NCBI GenBank assembly: GCA_963662545.2
Contig: CAXXLL010000002.1
Location: forward strand, 736,001-800,000
Source: Gammaproteobacteria bacterium
GTDB lineage: Bacteria > Pseudomonadota > Gammaproteobacteria > Ga0077536
Reading direction: 5' to 3'
Length of the DNA: 64,000 nt
Below are positions 60,735 through 64,000 of this stretch, one piece after another (the stretch's first letter is position 1; every line of letters begins with the position of its first letter). A model generated the notes under the pieces. That model had not been told where the DNA came from. It made no database searches and saw nothing but the letters and a program-made list of their open reading frames with translations. Both the position numbers and the translations under genes were made by a program.

Positions 60735-61472
60735 TCAGGCTCGATGCTTGCCGTCGCGAACCGCCAAGATGAAGTACAGTTCCCACTGCATGCCGATTTG
60801 TTTGTCCTGCGCGCGCAGCCCGAGATGTTGCTCGATCGCGTCAGCAACCTCGCTGACGTCGATCTCCCGGATATCGAATAGCAGATGGCAAAAAGCTCCC
60901 ATCTCGGAACGATCCGCGAAGCACCATTCGTAGCGCACTCTCTCGGCGCGGTCGATCGAGAATCCGCTGGCCTTCAAATCTTCCAGGGTTTGCTCATTTA
61001 AGTATTCGCCACGATGGCCGGTGCTGTTATGGCGTCCGACGAAGTCGTCCAAAAATCGCGCCACGCTTGAATCCGCGTGCACATCAGCCAGCATCAAACG
61101 CCCGCCGGGTCTCAGTACCCGGTGCAATTCGCCAAACAAAGGCGGCTTGTCGCTCAGGTGATGAACACCGGCGATGCTGATCGCGGCGTGGGCAAATCCG
61201 TCTGCATAGGGTAAGGGCAGCAGGCTTTGATTCAGAGTCGTGGCACCCGCGCCAAAGCTCGCGCAGGGTTCATGACCGAACCACTGACACGCGGCAGGCA
61301 CGTACTTTCGCATATATCCGCCGCCCGCCGGCACGTCCAGGACCTTCTCGCCGGCCTGCAGCGCGGCCCACCGCAGCGGCAGGATAAAGTCATTGCGCCG
61401 GACCTCGGGCCAGCGTTTCATGGCCTCGTGATAGGAACCGCCGCGCTCCTGGAAAATGTCTTCGTAGTTCAT
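60735..61472 (-). CDS. Class I SAM-dependent methyltransferase
   Basis: VLDVPAGGG, LP.ADG, RVLRPGG. Confidence 0.88.
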   Translation of the reverse strand: MNYEDIFQERGGSYHEAMKRWPEVRRNDFILPLRWAALQAGEKVLDVPAGGGYMRKYVPAACQWFGHEPCASFGAGATTLNQSLLPLPYADGFAHAAISIAGVHHLSDKPPLFGELHRVLRPGGRLMLADVHADSSVARFLDDFVGRHNSTGHRGEYLNEQTLEDLKASGFSIDRAERVRYEWCFADRSEMGAFCHLLFDIREIDVSEVADAIEQHLGLRAQDKQIGMQWELYFILAVRDGKHRA

Positions 61473-63349
61473 TCGGAAGGTCGCTGATGTTTCTCACCGG
61501 CGATGATGGCAACCGATGACAGCGCACCTTGGTCTATGTTCTGGCCGGTCACGCCATCGATGACCAGCTCGGCGCAATCTTCGGTAAGCCGCCGCTGCTG
61601 TGCCGATAGTGAACTAGGTTCAGCAATGAGCGAGAGGTCGCAACGGTCGAGTGGAAAGCCATGTTGATCAATTTCTCGTGATGATACGCCGATCACCAAC
61701 GCATCACATGATGCATCGAGCAACAGCGCCAATACTCTTGCCGGCATTCGGTCTGCGTTCTTGCATCGCAGCTGCCCCGCCAGCATGGTCACATTACCGA
61801 CGGTTTGTCCCACGCGTTTACCGGCCGCCTGAATCGCATTCGTTACGCGTTCAATGATTGAGGTATCCGCATCGATCAGCACGACGCTTGGAATCCGTCC
61901 GTTGACGCCCGGCGGAAACTTGTCGGCCAGGATGATTTCGGCACGGCCGTCCGAAGAGAAGCCAGGCGTGGCGTTTATTTCAATGACTGCACACGTGAGG
62001 TCGCGCCAGGACTTCGTAATATCCGTAGTCATGAAGTCGATGCCGAGCGCATCCATGTAAAAGTTTCGCGCGATTATTTCGGCCATCTCGCGATTGTCCG
62101 GATGGATGCTCTCCGAGCAATCGGCGATGGTACCACCGGTCGCGGTATTGGCAATGCTGCGTAGCCGGATTGACCTATTCTTGGGGGGGCGATCCTTGAG
62201 TGTCAAACCCTGCTTTGCAAGCACGTCCAGCATGTCCGTATCGATTTCGAGCCGGTAGACAAATTTCGCCGTGCCGTCGGCGTCGCGGCGATTGCGGTTT
62301 TCGCGCTCAATGAGTTCTGCAACCGTATGGTGTCCGTCGCCGGCGACTCGCGGCGGCATACGTCGGACGGCCCACTTGAATGTTCCGCCGAAAACCGCGA
62401 GGCGATGATCATCACCTGGAACTTTGCGTTCTACGAGCACATCCCCATTCCTCGACAGCGGGATCGCTTTTGCAACGGCGGCACTCAGTTCCTTATCATT
62501 GGTAATATCGGTGGTAACGCCCTTCCCCTTTCCACGATCGATCGGTTTGACCACGAGCGGAAAGCCCAACTGGTGCGCAATCTGCGAAGCCTCCTGTTGA
62601 TTGCTTGCAATGCTGTGATTCACACCCGGCAATCCGAGACGCGTAACCAACTGATTGCTCAAGAACTTGTTCGCCACCAGTCGGTTGCCGATGGCCGAAT
62701 CACGATGGTTGGATGCCTCGACAAAATTAAACCCGGCACTGCCCTGACCATAACGCCAAACACACGAACAGGGCGACACGGCGTAAACCGGAATATCCCT
62801 CACGCGCGCCACGCGCATCAACGAGCGGGTGATGAAATCCGGCTGCCGCATCTTCATCACTTGCTCCGCTCGCCGAACCTTTGCTGCGACCGCTTCTTTC
62901 ATGTCAGGACCGGCTTTCGCACCCGCAAAAATGTCATTGACGATTTGCAGCGCTGCGCGGGAAGCATGCATGGCCGTCTGTGCGTCGTAAAATTCGAATA
63001 GGATCTGCGAGGCCCCGGCTTTAGTATGCTGCACGTCGACCCGCAGTCCGTAGTGTCCACCGGGGTCATGCAGTGCGTTCGCCACCAGGCTAGCCGCGTT
63101 CTCGAAAGGGACGTCACCGGGCGGGAGGGCAATCCACTGCATCACCTCCGCCGGTAGAAATTCGGCGAGGAGATCAGCAAGCTTTGTCGCGGGTAACGGC
63201 GACGTGAAAGGACTGGTAAATTCCGCAACCAAGGCCGGGAACGGAACCAGCGTACTCGGCCCTTCGAATGAGCGGAATACTACCGATATCTTGCGGGGCA
63301 TACCGACCTCGGTCATTCTTCGCCGAATCGTTGAATTGCCATCCAACAA
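61469..63349 (-). CDS. Cyanophycin synthetase-like ATP-grasp ligase with reduced Mur-ligase part
   Basis: GFPLVVKP..GKGKGVT, GDDHRL, PPRVAGDG..TV.ELI..EN, N..TGG, GIDF.T.DI, EINA.PG; 626 aa. Confidence 0.78.
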   Translation of the reverse strand: MLDGNSTIRRRMTEVGMPRKISVVFRSFEGPSTLVPFPALVAEFTSPFTSPLPATKLADLLAEFLPAEVMQWIALPPGDVPFENAASLVANALHDPGGHYGLRVDVQHTKAGASQILFEFYDAQTAMHASRAALQIVNDIFAGAKAGPDMKEAVAAKVRRAEQVMKMRQPDFITRSLMRVARVRDIPVYAVSPCSCVWRYGQGSAGFNFVEASNHRDSAIGNRLVANKFLSNQLVTRLGLPGVNHSIASNQQEASQIAHQLGFPLVVKPIDRGKGKGVTTDITNDKELSAAVAKAIPLSRNGDVLVERKVPGDDHRLAVFGGTFKWAVRRMPPRVAGDGHHTVAELIERENRNRRDADGTAKFVYRLEIDTDMLDVLAKQGLTLKDRPPKNRSIRLRSIANTATGGTIADCSESIHPDNREMAEIIARNFYMDALGIDFMTTDITKSWRDLTCAVIEINATPGFSSDGRAEIILADKFPPGVNGRIPSVVLIDADTSIIERVTNAIQAAGKRVGQTVGNVTMLAGQLRCKNADRMPARVLALLLDASCDALVIGVSSREIDQHGFPLDRCDLSLIAEPSSLSAQQRRLTEDCAELVIDGVTGQNIDQGALSSVAIIAGEKHQRPSE

Positions 63350-63429
63350 TTATCTTCGATAATTTGCGTGGGCACGAATAAGTAGCGATTATTCTTTAAC
63401 CCGAATTGATTTTGTCAGTACCGTTCTCG

Positions 63430-64000
63430 ATGAACAACGCACCGAATTCACCTTCGGAACACCCGGGCACACCCAGTGCTTGGCGATCGCGTCTGATGCG
63501 GACCGCCACGTGGTTGGTTGCTGCCGGCTGTTTCTATCTCGTCTTTGGAAAAATACAAGCCGCCGCGGTGCGCGAAGGGCTGACCGCGCCCGACTATTTG
63601 GCTCGTTTTTTCGCTGACGCGAACTGGCTTGCCTGGCTGGCGCTGATGATCCCGTATTCGTGCTTTTTCTTTCTGGTCGACGCACACGTGACCTGGCGGG
63701 TTGTGCGCTGGTTCAATGCGCCTGATTTCAGGTTCAGCCGCATGCTCCCGATCCGCGCGAGTGCCTATATTCTTTCCTTGGTCAATGAACAGGTCGGTAA
63801 AGGCGCGATCACGCTCTACCTCTGGCGGCGCCACGCGGTGCCGGCCTGGCAGGCGTTATCGAGTATGGTGATGCTCGGCATGATGGAGGTCTATCAGCTC
63901 TTATTGTTTTCCGCGGTCGGCACGGCGCTGTATTTCGACCTGGTAGTCGAGGCGTCGACGGCGCTTCCCCTGGCTACGATTCTTGTCACCGTTTTCGTGA
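63430..64000 (+). CDS. Membrane protein, LPG-synthase-TM/flippase-like (runs off the window)
   Basis: Open frame from ATG 63430 to the window end; multiple TM segments; IRASAYILSLVNEQVGKG. Confidence 0.65.
   Translation, partial: MNNAPNSPSEHPGTPSAWRSRLMRTATWLVAAGCFYLVFGKIQAAAVREGLTAPDYLARFFADANWLAWLALMIPYSCFFFLVDAHVTWRVVRWFNAPDFRFSRMLPIRASAYILSLVNEQVGKGAITLYLWRRHAVPAWQALSSMVMLGMMEVYQLLLFSAVGTALYFDLVVEASTALPLATILVTVFV

Overview
A bacterial accessory region, probably proteobacterial-like and heterotrophic (taxonomy is inference), showing heavy mobile-element activity and gene decay. Main content: (1) 1-13.7 kb, single genes separated by a recurrent hairpin repeat (GGGTC..AGCCG..GCAGTGCAGCAC..GTCTG..AGCGG) and by attC-like sites, with an IS91/ISCR transposase remnant, an IS200 remnant and two apparently identical 1385-bp ISL3 copies, one splitting a HEAT-repeat gene. 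(2) 14.9-18.5 kb, an intact but divergent copper membrane monooxygenase operon (xmoC-A-B-D; pMMO/AMO family) with no methanotroph or nitrifier genes nearby. (3) 19-25 kb, amidohydrolase/SDR/MaoC genes with deletion scars. (4) 25-34 kb, AT-richer cargo genes punctuated by a second unexplained repeat family and then an integrase-less attC cassette array carrying nuclease- and HEPN-like genes. (5) 34-64 kb, catabolic genes (Rieske oxygenases, acyl-CoA dehydrogenases, TauD, ActP, POT, a chlorocatechol modified-ortho cluster whose LysR regulator is broken by a 162-bp MITE), a thiolase/DUF35 pair and a truncated cyanophycin-synthetase-like ligase coupled to a methyltransferase. No rRNA, tRNA or CRISPR array was seen. 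All family calls come from motif recognition by eye; no database searches were run.
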